From: the human T2T-CHM13v2.0 reference genome, Homo sapiens
Assembly: GCF_009914755.1 (NCBI RefSeq)
Contig: NC_060926.1
Direction: 5' to 3' (one strand)
Length of the DNA stretch: 64,000 bases
This document shows, piece after piece, positions 42,100 to 53,085 of this stretch; the stretch's first letter is position 1; every line of letters begins with the position of its first letter. Position numbers and translations under genes: made by a program. The notes below the pieces were generated by a model. That model was not told the DNA's origin and did not search any database. It was given only the letters and a program-made list of their open reading frames with translations.

Positions 42100-43440
42100 T
42101 CTGTATGCTAAATTGGACTTCATCAAAATTTAAAACTTCTGCCCTGCAAAAGACCCTGTTAAGAGAATGAAAAGATAAACCATAGACTGGGAGAAAGTAT
42201 TCACAAATCACACATCTGACAGAGGGCTTGTATCTAGAATATATAAATAACTCTCAATGCTTACAATTATAAAAACAAACAATCCAACCTAAAAACGGCC
42301 AAAGGACATTCACAGGCATTGCAGAGAAGAAGATACACAGATGGCAAAGAAGCACATGAAAAGGTGTTTAACACCATTTGCCATCAGAAAAATGCAAATT
42401 AAGACTACCATGAGATATAACTACACCTATCAGAATGACTAAAATTAAGAAAAAATTGGTAACATCAAGTTCAGGAGAGGATGTAGAGAAACCGAATCAC
42501 AGGTGAGAATGTAAAATGGTAGAACCACTCTGGAAAATAGTTTGGCATTTTCTTTTAAAACTAAAAATAGACTTACCATACAACCCAGCAATTGAACTCT
42601 TGAGCATACGTCCCAGAGTAATGAAAATGCATTTTCACAAAGAAATTTGCACATGGATGTCATAACTTTATTTGTAATAGCCAAAAACTACCCAAATGCC
42701 CTTCAATATGTGACTGGTTAAACTGTAGAGCATCCGTGCCATGAAATACAACTCAGCAATAAAAAGGAATGAACTCTTGATCCACACAACAACCTGGATG
42801 AGCCTCAAGGAAGTTATGCTAAGTGGAAAATGCCACTGTCAAAGAATATATACTGCATGATTCCATTTATGTAACATTTTTGAAATGACCTAATTATAGA
42901 GGTAAAGAACCATTAGTGGTTGACAGGGGTTAAGGATGGGGCAGGAAATGGGTGTAGCTATAAGAGGGTAACACAAGCGAGTCTTGTGGTGACGAAAGAG
43001 TTACATAACCTGATTATGATAGTGGTTATATGATACTACACATATAAGAAAATTGCATGGAGTCCAGGCACAGTGGCTCACGCCTGTAATCCCAGCACTT
43101 TGAGAGGTCATGTTAGGAGGATGGCTTGAGGCCAGGAGTTCAAGACCAGCCTGGGCAACATAGCAAGACCCTATCTCTACAAAAAAATTATATAAAAAAG
43201 AAAAAGAGAATTGCACGAAGCTGCACACACACATACACATGATATAAATGAGTGCATATATTTACCTGCCAGATCTAAATAAGCCCTATGGATTATATCA
43301 AAGTTAATTTCCTGTTTTTTACATACTACAGTTATGCAACATGTTCACATTAAGAAAGGTTGGGTAAAGAGTGCATGACACCTCCTTGTGCATTTCCTTA
43401 CATCTTCCTGTAAATGTGTAATTATTTTTAAATAAAGTTC
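42100..43440 (+). mobile_element. L1MD/MC-class 3' portion (hosts a FLAM)
   Basis: AAATTGGACTTCATCAAAATTTAAAACTTCTG..AAATGCAAATTAAGACTAC..ATGATTCCATTTATGTAACATT..AAATAAAGTT. Confidence 0.88.
43062..43205 (+). mobile_element. FLAM/Alu left monomer
   Basis: Single monomer ending ACCCTATCTCTACAAAAAAA; TSD about AGAAAATTGCA/AGAGAATTGCA. Confidence 0.9.
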
Positions 43441-43926
43441 TTAACTGATCATGCCACTCCTTTCTTGCAGTTATTTTTAGCTCTCATTATTCATAGAATA
43501 AAACACATTCATCTACTCATAACATAAAGTGTCCTCCATTCTGGTTAATAGTCTTTATCGACTATGCTAAAATGTCCACCATTTTTTAGACAATGTTGGC
43601 CTTTACTTCTAGGATTATAGAAAATATATCCATGCAACCTGAAATTTCTCAAATTTGCCAGAGTTGGACATTCTAAGCATATTCAACAGTCATTTAGTAA
43701 ATCATTGCCTGTCGAAGCCAGATTAATCTATCAAATAGTTATCCTTTCTGGATACCATAGTTTTTATACAATTTCTCTAAAAGGAAAGGAAAGATGAGGT
43801 ACTGTGGTAGGGGCAATAGCTGAGTAAGAGCTGTGATAGCACACAAAGCAAAAGAAAGGGTAAAAGGAGTCCACAGATGTAGAAAATCCCCCTTTGCTGA
43901 TGAATTTGCTCATTTTATAAGCCCAG

Positions 43927-44391
43927 TGTATTCGCTTCCTAAAGCTGCAGTAACAAGTACCACAAGCTAGGTAGCTAAAACAACAGAACTGTATCACAAC
44001 CCTGAAGTCCAAATCAAGGTGTCGGCATAGGTTGTTCCTTCTGGGGGCTGTGGGAAAGAATCCGTTCCATGGCCCTCTCCTAGCTTCCAGTAGTTTGCTG
44101 GCAATCTTTGGCATTTCCTGGCTTGTAGAAGCATCGTCCCAACCTCCACCTTCTTCTTCACATGTTATCCCTCCCTGTGTGTGTCTCTCTGTCCAAATTT
44201 CTCCTTTTTAGAAGGATGCCAGTCATTTTGGATTAGGGGCCACCCTGCTATGGTATGACCTCACCTTAATTACATCTGCAACAACTGTATTTCCAAATAT
44301 GATTACATTCTAAGGTTCGGAGAGTTAGGATGTCAACATAACATCCTAATTATGATGGAAATTTTGGGGGGATGTAATTCAACCCATAACA
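43927..44391 (-). mobile_element. MaLR LTR (MLT1C-like)
   Basis: TG...CA ends; CTCCTAGCTTCCAGTAGTTTGCTGGCAATCTTTGGC; 5-bp TSD CCCAG. Confidence 0.88.
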
Positions 44392-44904
44392 CCCAGGGAG
44401 CTCTAGTAGCCAAGAAAACTCCCATCCTTCTTCTGTTTGAATGAATACAATAGCTAAACGTCAATACCATTACCTGTATTAGAGGGCGCACAGGGCCTGA
44501 TGTGGAAACTGGCTAGGAATTACTGTGAAGATCCTTATGCTCATCATGTGAGAAGACATTTAACAAGCATCTGAGTGTGCCTGACACTCTAGTAGCAGAT
44601 ATTTGACAGCTTGCCAAATACGCAGGTCAGATCATTCTACAATCAAGCTGCTAATCATATTCTAGTGTATACAGTTGACTCTCCTTGGCTCAGAGTCATA
44701 AATTATCTATAAGATTTTTCATGGTGAAAAAAATACTTTTGCAAACAAATCGTAGTTGGTGAATAATTAATTTAACTTTTATAAGAGCCAACTTGCTTAA
44801 TCCAGACATTGTAACCAATTGTGACCAGGTGTTGTGATAAGTAAGGAATGTGGCTATTCACACACTGCCTAGGAATTGTTTAGCGACTCTTTGGGGTGGC
44901 AAGG

Positions 44905-45358
44905 TGTCATGCCAGACTCCTATTAGCTTCAATAGGGGTGGCACCAGGTTCAAGTGGGCAAAGAAGAGACCTGGAGCCAGTAAATGAGACCTAGAGTTTT
45001 ATCAGGGGTAATTTACATAGAGGGGTGGTCCAGTGGCAGCAGGCTGAACAGGAGAACCATAGCCACTTGCAAAAAGCATGCAGTTGATATAGCATTTTCA
45101 CTTAACACCCTTCCCCTAACAACTTCCACCTGGCAACCTTCATTTAACCCAAAACAAAGGGCCTCAATCCACTATACGGCCCTCATTCCATGAGACAGGG
45201 GCTCAGATATTCCTCGTACGTGAGGAATAAATATCTGCCTTAGCCACCCCCAGATTCCTTAGCTCAGAACTCTGAACACTCATTCAGTTGCATCTGCCAT
45301 ACAGGGTCCTTCTCAAGGTATGCTTAAGTTATTGCTGTCAGGTGTTGTCTGCCATGCA
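44905..45358 (-). mobile_element. Solo ERV LTR (LTR47A-like)
   Basis: TG...CA ends; CCACCTGGCAACCTTCATTTAACCCAAAACAAAGGGCCTCAATCC; GGTATGCTTAAGTTATTGCTGTCAGGTG; TSD CAAGG/AAAGG. Confidence 0.75.
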
Positions 45359-45614
45359 AAAGGGAGAATAAAATAGACTCTCTCCAAAGTAATCCTCTGT
45401 ACAATCCTTCATTCCAACAACCTAACCCTTTCAAAGTAGGTGAATCAATCTAAACAGTTCCTGGGCACCCTATTTGAAATTATTATCAGATAATTCCTGA
45501 TATCTGATACCTTCTGGAACTTGGCACATCAGTCTGAACCTCCAATTTAATATCCTGTCTGTGTGTAAGCATGCATATAAAATGTATGCATATAAAATGT
45601 ATACATATATGTAT

Positions 45615-45752
45615 CACATTACAGTGATAACATAGAATCTCATGGTTAAGAGACACAAAGTATACAGAATTATCACTTACATGCCCACATTATATCAACA
45701 AGAACAAGAACAAGGCCTAGATTCCCTTCAATACCTGCCTTCCTCCATTTCT
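45615..45752 (+). repeat. Copy A of a 138-bp local direct duplication (partner 47200-47337)
   Basis: Ungapped alignment, 117/138 identical by hand count. Confidence 0.92.
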
Positions 45753-46184
45753 GCGCATACAAATATATGCATATATGTATATGTATGCCTATAAAATGGA
45801 TACGTACAGATAAAATTATGCAAACACACATATAAACATGGCCATTGCATTTTCATTTAATCTATGAAGCAAATGTAAATCTTTTTTTAATTAATTAGCA
45901 CTCAAATTTTGTGTCAATATTTGATGGGAGACTGACTGGTTCCCATCTCTGTCTTTTCGCTGAATTCTTCTTTATCCTTCTGTCAGCTTTATGGTTCTAG
46001 AAGAATGCACTCCATATTCACTAACCATAAAGTTTGGTAACTTAACAAGGTATAAGTTTCTCCCAAAAGCCAGGTCAATTAAAAGCTGCAATGTGTTATT
46101 GTATCAGCCAGAAAACTTTATGTAAACTGGAATTTCTGATCTTTCTAATAAATACTGCGAATCTAGAAGCACTTGGCCAAAATA

Positions 46185-46481
46185 TATTACCCTTAGCAAA
46201 CTAACGCAGGAACAGAAAAGCAAATACTGCATGTTCTCACTTATACGTGGAAGCTAAAAAAGAACTTATGAACACAAAGAAGGAAACAACAGACACTGGG
46301 GGCTACATGAGGGTGAAAGTGGGAGGGGAGAGGGGAGCAGAAAAGGGAACTATTGGGTACTGGGCTTAATACCTGGGTGACGAAATAATACGTACAACAA
46401 ACCCCCCATAACACGTGTTTACCTATGTAACAAACCTTCACATGTACCCCCAAACCTAAAATACAAGTTTAAAAAAAGAAA
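46185..46481 (+). mobile_element. L1PA15/16-like 3' end
   Basis: CAAACTAACGCAGGAACAGAAA..TACCTGGGTGACGAAATAAT..TTTACCTATGTAACAAACC; degenerate TSD CACTT(G/A)GCCA(A/G)AAT. Confidence 0.9.
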
Positions 46482-47199
46482 GAAACCACTTAGCCAGAAT
46501 AGACCTTCATGGATTTTTCTTTAGTAACAATGCTTTAATTGAGAAAAAAAAAAGGTTTCTGATTGCAATTATAACACTACTTTTTATATTGTGAAGGTCT
46601 TAAGAAGAGGGAAGGAGAGATTGCAAGCCAGGTTGATGGGGCTGGTAAGGGCTTCACAATGAACCCAGTCAACTGCAAGATCAGTCCAGCCTCCTGCCCA
46701 CCACTCCTGCTTTCCCCACCTGGGTATGCTGGTAGCAAACATAACTTGTGCTATTGATCTCTACAGTCGTTTTAAAGTTCTTTTTAACTTTCAAAATTTC
46801 AATCCTGATTGATGTTTTATAAAACCATTGGTTTTAATCACTGTGATTCGAAACACTTCTGTATGTTCCTTGCCCTTGCTTAAGTACTTCAATGATGGTT
46901 GAAATGAGCAAAACTAAAAAGGAAGACACTAAAAGAATCTAGAACAGGCTTCTTCAAATAGAGGAAATGATAATGTCGTTCCTCATTTAGCTATTTCTCT
47001 TGGTTCTACTTAAGACCACATTATTAAGCCTACTTAAATAAATGAGATTTGGCATGAAATTTATAAAATACTTAAAACAGTAGAAGAAGTTGTATAAATT
47101 TAAAAAGAACCAGAAAGCATCTCTTAAGGTTACAATTAAATATTTGAAATTCAAATGCATCTTGATATACCCCAAAAAAGCAATCGCTTTCTAATTATG

Positions 47200-47337
47200 C
47201 ACATTACTGTGATTACATAGAATCTCGTGGTTAACAGGCACAAAGCACTCAGAATAATCACTTACATACTTACATTATATAAACAAGAACAAGCACAAGA
47301 CCTAGATTCCTTTCTATACCTGTCCTCCTCCTTATCT
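47200..47337 (+). repeat. Copy B of the 138-bp local duplication
   Basis: See 45615-45752. Confidence 0.92.
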
Positions 47338-48636
47338 CAGCCAGTGATTAACGCAGCACTCTGAGCTTGTGCTCATAATAGATACTTGCAATGGTTACGT
47401 GCTTCTCTCTCTCTGCCCCTCATAGTCAGGAGGCAAATGTTAAAGTCATGTCTTGACCAGAAGAGTTCTACAACCAAATTAGTGTTGTTGTAATAGAAAA
47501 CATTTTGCCAGATCTAAAGCATTGGGTGAGGAAGATAAAAATGTACTTTCATAAACTTTTTTTTTAATTCAACAAACATCTGAGCTCCAATTGCACGCCA
47601 GGTCTTTTACTGGGTTCCGGAATTATAAAAATAAATAGGACATGACCTCATATATGGAGAAATACCATTGTCATGGTCATGAAATTCAGAAGGCATCAAT
47701 GAAGGTAGTTTTGTAAACATCTAAGAGAATGGCTTTTTATTAAAAAAACTGATTAAGAGAGATCTGTTTTACCATTTATTTCTTTCCATGCAGATTTCTC
47801 TGTAGCAATCATGGGCTGCAGACTGAGTCATCTATTTTCCACTGCATTTGATATAGAATTATCTGTGCTTTTTAGAAACACCCTTCACCTACTCCAGAAG
47901 TTTAAATTTGTATCAAGATGTTACATAAAACATCCATTCATTTAGGACAGAGTACGAGTGAAAAATTAGAATACAGGGAGGTTTTGTGGGAAGGTGTCAT
48001 ATGAGAAAGAACTTGGCTGATATACAGTAAACAGACTCCAGAGATGACAGGAAGTTACATTCCAAGGAAAGGAAAGAGAATCATGTGAATTACATCATTG
48101 TGTCATGCATGGTATAGCCCTGTCATGGATCCCGGAGCCCACTGAGAGCTCCTTGAGGAAAGAAGGAAGCAAACAGGCCCAAGTTAGGAAAGGGATTGAA
48201 AAACCATCAGGAAAGAAGGGATTGCCAAGTGAGGGGCTCAAGTCCAAATCTTAATTCTGCAGAGCAGGCTGGCATTAATGCCCAAGCGATCCAATCTGAG
48301 GGAAGTGACATGGATTCTTTGCACCTATGTGGATGTCCAAGTCACAGAGGAAGATGGTCTAAGTCTGTGAAAAAGATAATGAGTGGGAACAATTTTGTAT
48401 TTTAGCCATGGAAACCCACACACATTCCAGATTATGAGAATCAGGAAGAGTTTCCCTCCTCTGAGTGGGATTGAACCACTCAGTGGAGGGGCGGACCCAA
48501 GTTGCTCAAGCTGTTCGAGATGAAACCAAGAAAAAGTTTAGGAAAGGGGCATGACGGCATTAGTATGTACAAGTAATTGACCAAGTACGTGTGAAAAAAA
48601 CAGCAGCCATTGTCGAAGTGATGATGTTATCACTAA

Positions 48637-48659
48637 CATCATCATCATCATCATCATCA
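48637..48659. repeat. (CAT)n trinucleotide repeat
   Basis: About 7.5 perfect units. Confidence 0.95.
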
Positions 48660-48900
48660 CTAATGCTTACAGAACATCTACTAGTTCTTAGGCACTGCTG
48701 AAACCACTTTACATAATACAACTCACTTAAACCTCACAACTCTATTAATATCTTTTTCACAGAGGAGGAGACTGAGGCACACACAGGTTAAGTAACTTGC
48801 TCAGGATCACTACCGAAAACATAGTAGATCAGGATTCAAACCTCAGCCGTCTCACTCCACAGTCTCTGTGTGAAACCCCATAACCTGCCATGGTCCCCCC
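48660..48900 (-). mobile_element. MIR
   Basis: ACAGAGGAGGAGACTGAGGCAC..AGGTTAAGTAACTTGCTCAGGATCAC..CAGGATTCAAACC. Confidence 0.8.
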
Positions 48901-49288
48901 ATATACTAACAGCATCATTTGTCTTGACTTCACTGTCACATCCTTCCTCTAATCTTTATGCCTGTATCCCCTGGATCTCTGCCTCCTGCTGCCACTTAGG
49001 CTAGCAAACAGTACTTTGCACACATTAATGAAACCGTATAACTTGTATTCTGCAGCCAAAGGAACCAGAAGGGGCCCAAGGCAGGGCTGCAAAAGTATTG
49101 TCAGCTAGACTGAGAGTCCACCAGCTGAATGACTAGCACAAGCCCAGTTTTTCTTTCTATGTGCTATAGATGCAGTAAAATTGCAACAAGGGAGGTAAAC
49201 AGGGTCTGCAATCAAACAGATGAACACTTTGTCAGTGAACATACCACACTCTCTTCAACACTGTCAAACTACTGTCCTACTTGCTAGA

Positions 49289-49661
49289 TGTAGTAGTCTA
49301 CTAGGGATGCCGTAACAAAATACCCAACTGGGAGACTGAAACAATGGACATTTATTTCTTACAGTTCTGGAGGCTGGAAGTCCAAGATCAAGATGTCAGA
49401 AGGTTTGGTTTTTCTTGAGACCTCTCTCCTCGGCTTGCAGATGGCCATGTTTTCACCGTGTCCTTACATGGTCTTTCCCCTGCGTGCGTGCCTCTCTGGT
49501 GTTTCTTCCTCTTCTTCGAGGGACACCAGCTCTATCAGATGACAGCCCACCCACAAGACCTCTTTAAGTATCTCTTTAAGGCCTTATCTCCAAATACAGT
49601 TACACTGGGGGCTAGGGCTTCAATGTATCAATTTTGAGTAAAGACAATTCAGTCCGTAACA
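49289..49661 (-). mobile_element. MaLR LTR (MLT1A0-like)
   Basis: ACAGTTCTGGAGGCTGGAAGTCCAAGATCAAG..GGCTTGCAGATGGCC..TATCTCCAAATACAG..TTCAGTCCGTAACA. Confidence 0.88.
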
Positions 49662-50229
49662 CTGGAGTTAAGCTGTGCGACTTCAGAGCTTATAAACCGA
49701 AGGCTGCTTTTCACGGATGGTTGAAGACTTCTCTAGAGAGAGAGCCCTGGGTGAGTCTGTTCTGCATCAAGGAACTCAGAGGCTGAGATACTCACACAGG
49801 CTCTCCAGCCATACTCATAGATCCAGGACACAGGGTAAGTCTGGGGCCTAGGAGTACACTTCTGCCACAAATCCAAATACAATATAAGAGCTCTCCAGCA
49901 ATCTCCTGCGTGCCTTTCCATATAAATAAACTACATTATAATACTACTCTAGTGATGCAAGTATTCCTTACAGGGAAAGGAATACTAGTTTCCGTCTCTT
50001 ACAACAGCACTGACTGTTATATTTTATAAAATGGTACAGGAATGTAGCATAAAAATATGGGGAAAAATCTGGTCCCCACACTCATGAATTTTATAGTTTA
50101 TCAGGGAATATGGTCATAGTGATCTTCTCTAGCACATCCTCTTGCAACTAGCAGAGGAAAAAAGCATACATCTGGTGCTTGATCCAAAACAATATCAAAG
50201 AAATTGTACTGCTCGCAAATGCAAAGCAC

Positions 50230-51200
50230 TTTTTTTAACGCCTATTTTAGGTTCAGGGGTAAATGTGCAGGTTTGTTATATAGGTAAACTCACGTTACGG
50301 GGGCTGTTGTACAGATTATTTCATCACCCAGGTACTAAGCCTCATACCTAATAGATGCTTTTTCTGCTCCTTTCCCTCCTCCCACACTCTACCCTCAAGT
50401 AGGCCCCAGGGTCTGTTGTTCCCGTCTGTATGCATCCGTGTGTTCTCATCATTTAGCACCCACTTATAAGAGAGAACAAGCAGTATTTGGTTTTCTGTTC
50501 CTGTGTTAGTTTGCTAAGGACAATGGCCTCCAACTCCATCCATGTTGCTGCAAGGAACATGATATCATCCTTTTTGAGCTGCAGATTATGCCACAATGTA
50601 TATGTACCACATTTGCTTTATCCAGTCTATATTCATGGGCATTTAGGTTGATTCCATGTCTTTGCTATTGTGAACAGTGCTGCAATGAACATTCACATCA
50701 TATGTCTTTATGGTAGAATGATTTATATTCTTTTGGGTAAATACTCAGTAATGAGATTGCTGGGTCGAATGGTAGTTCTGTTTTTATCTCTTTGAAGAAT
50801 CACCACACAGTTTTCCACAATGGATGAATTAATTTGCACTCCCACCAACAGTGTATAAGTGTTCCCTTTTCTCTGCAACCTTGCCAGCATCTGTTATTTT
50901 TTGACTTTTTATTAATAGCCATTCTGACTGGTGTGAGATGAGTATCTCATTGCGGCTTTGATTTGCATTTCTCTAATGATCAGTGATATTGAGCTTTTTG
51001 TCATATGCTTGTATGTCTTTTTTTGAAAAGTGCCTGTGTCCTTTGTCCACTTTTTAATCGGGTTGTTTGTATTTTTCTTGAAAATTTGTTTAAGCTCCTT
51101 ATAGATGCTGGATATTAGACCTTTATCAGATGCACAGTTTGCAAATATTTTCTCCCATTCTTAGGTTTTCTGTTTACTCTGCTGATAGTTTCTTTTGCTA
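50230..51200 (-). mobile_element. L1PA15/16-like 3' kilobase
   Basis: GTGCAGGTTTGTTATATAGGTAAACTC..CCCACTTATAAGAGAGAAC..TAGCCATTCTGACTGGTGTGAGATG; TSD GCAAAGCAC. Confidence 0.93.
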
Positions 51201-51919
51201 GCAAAGCACATTTTTCTCTTTGCACAATAAAGGTAAACTTTTTGATAGGCTTCCACTTTTATAAGCCTAGAAAAGGAGCAGAGATTTTTAAATGTCATTT
51301 AATTGTTTAAAATGGCATGCTCCCTGTATTTTACAGGTTTTCTACTTTGGCTTTTTCTCACAAGGGTTCCTTAAAACCTAGCTGCAGTGGACAGCAGCTT
51401 GACACAGGAAGGATGGCAGAGAGCGCACACAAGGTACCCTACAAAGCCAAGCATGCAATGCAAACAAGCCTCTTATCGTGAGGAATATGCAGCTCGCTCT
51501 CCATTTTCATTTATCCGAGATCAATCACCGAGCCCTTGAAGGTCACTGGAGATAAGTGGTGGCAATGCTGTGGCATGTTTTCCTTTGAGCAGGACACCGA
51601 AACAAGCAAAATGTCTTTAAGATTCAAGAGTAGACCTAAAGCACAAAAAGTCCCTTAGGGCCAACAGCAAATAGGTTAGCCATGGGGAAAATGTTGGTAA
51701 TAAATTATACATGTAGTTAAATGAAAAAGCTAAAGGGTAATGCAAATTTAAGGTTGAAAAACGGAACTCAGAATTGTTAGGGAATTCCCAACTTTACATT
51801 CCATATTAGTTTAGCAATGTGACTAACCTGTAGGAAATATTTAGCAATACAGCCCATTTTATAAAAGTGAATCATCCTAACTAATTTAATTTTTCTGAGC
51901 CAGATTCCTTTTAACTCAC

Positions 51920-52091
51920 CTGCTCGGCGCTAGCCTGTGGAGTTTGGAGTCTCCCCTTTTCAAACCATTCGTCACACACTTCTGCCAGAGCAGTCTTTCA
52001 AAAGAGTGTGACCAATCACATTACTTCAGAGATGCCACTGACACATACAACACTTTTGAGCAAATTAGAAAAATGGCACCTCCTTCTCAAG
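51920..52091 (-). other. Candidate non-coding exon (172 nt)
   Basis: Acceptor TATTTTTTCCTTTTAG|, perfect donor CAG|GTGAGT; stops in all frames. Confidence 0.35.
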
Positions 52092-52257
52092 CTAAAAGGA
52101 AAAAATACACATCCATGTATATGTGTGTGTATGAGTTAGTGTATGAATGCACAACTTGAACAGCCCTGCCTTTCTCACCTAGTCACACATCCTTAGCACG
52201 CTTAGAAGCAAACATCGCTGGTGGCATGCACAGAAGATGTCTTTATGCATGTGCATG

Positions 52258-52296
52258 CACACACACAAACACACAAACACACACACACACACACAC
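52258..52296. repeat. Interrupted (CA)n microsatellite
   Basis: CACACACACAAACACACAAACACACACACACACACAC. Confidence 0.95.
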
Positions 52297-52536
52297 TCCA
52301 ACCCCAAGGTGAGATGCCATGGGAGATTCACAGTGGGGTAGGGGTGGAAATTAGACCACCAACAGCAGCAGAAAGAGCAACCTCAGGGAATGCAGAGCAC
52401 TGGCAGTACTGGGAGTACTGGGCATGTGAGTGGGTGTGTGAGGGCTTCTATTGGGAGAGTCTCTCCTGCAACTGTAGTACTCGCCTGAAACCCCTGAATC
52501 TTCACCCCTGCTCACCTGCTCTTGAATCAGTTACTA

Positions 52537-52873
52537 CAGTGGCTCTCAAAATGTGGTAAGGGGCCTTAGCGATTCTCCATTGTGCTTTTAAGATACCTCA
52601 AGGTCAAAACTATTTTCAGAATATTTAGACATGTTTTTCCACTGTCTCTCCTGAGTGTACAGTAAAAATTTTTTGATGTTACACAATGTGCGATGACCTC
52701 ATCACTCTAAGGGCTAATGGAATGCATGCTCCTATGTTATAAAATTTTCAGTGTTAATTCTAATACAGTAAATAGCAAAAGATATAACCTATCTAAACAA
52801 AAGCTCTTGGAAATCCTCAATCATTTCTAGGAATGTAAAGGAGTCTTGATATCAAAAAGTGTGTGAACCACTG
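52537..52873. mobile_element. Non-autonomous hAT-Charlie (Charlie1-family) element
   Basis: TIRs CAGTGGCTCTCAAA...GTGAACCACTG; AGGTCAAAACTATTTTCA; TAAACAAAAGCTCTTGG. Confidence 0.75.
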
Positions 52874-52977
52874 AGTTAGCGTATGTCTACACTGCAACTG
52901 GCACCCCCTGAGATGCAGCAGCCACATGTGGTGGTCATGATCACTCCCCTGCTCAAAGCTTGTACTGGTTCAGAAGT

Positions 52978-53085
52978 AGGGAGGCAATGTGGAATCATTC
53001 TGGTTTTAGAGACAGACCTATGTGCAAACCCCAGTTGGACCGCTTACTAGTTATGTGACTAAGACAAGTTACTTAATCTTTCTAC
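52978..53085 (+). mobile_element. MIR
   Basis: AGAGACAGACCT..GCTTACTAGTTATGTGACT..CAAGTTACTTAATCTTTCT. Confidence 0.65.

Noticed and set aside
44476-44490. Second CTCF-like motif TATTAGAGGGCGC
   Set aside because: Lacks the conserved 5' CC of the core; weak match.
45615-47337. Duplicated H/ACA snoRNA, miRNA or mutually exclusive exon pair
   Set aside because: The size fits a snoRNA but there is no consistent two-hairpin H/ACA layout or long pre-miRNA stem; the exon frame is stopped in copy B.
48619-48644. 11-bp perfect hairpin TGATGATGTTA/TAACATCATCA
   Set aside because: Largely explained by the adjacent (CAT)n low-complexity repeat.
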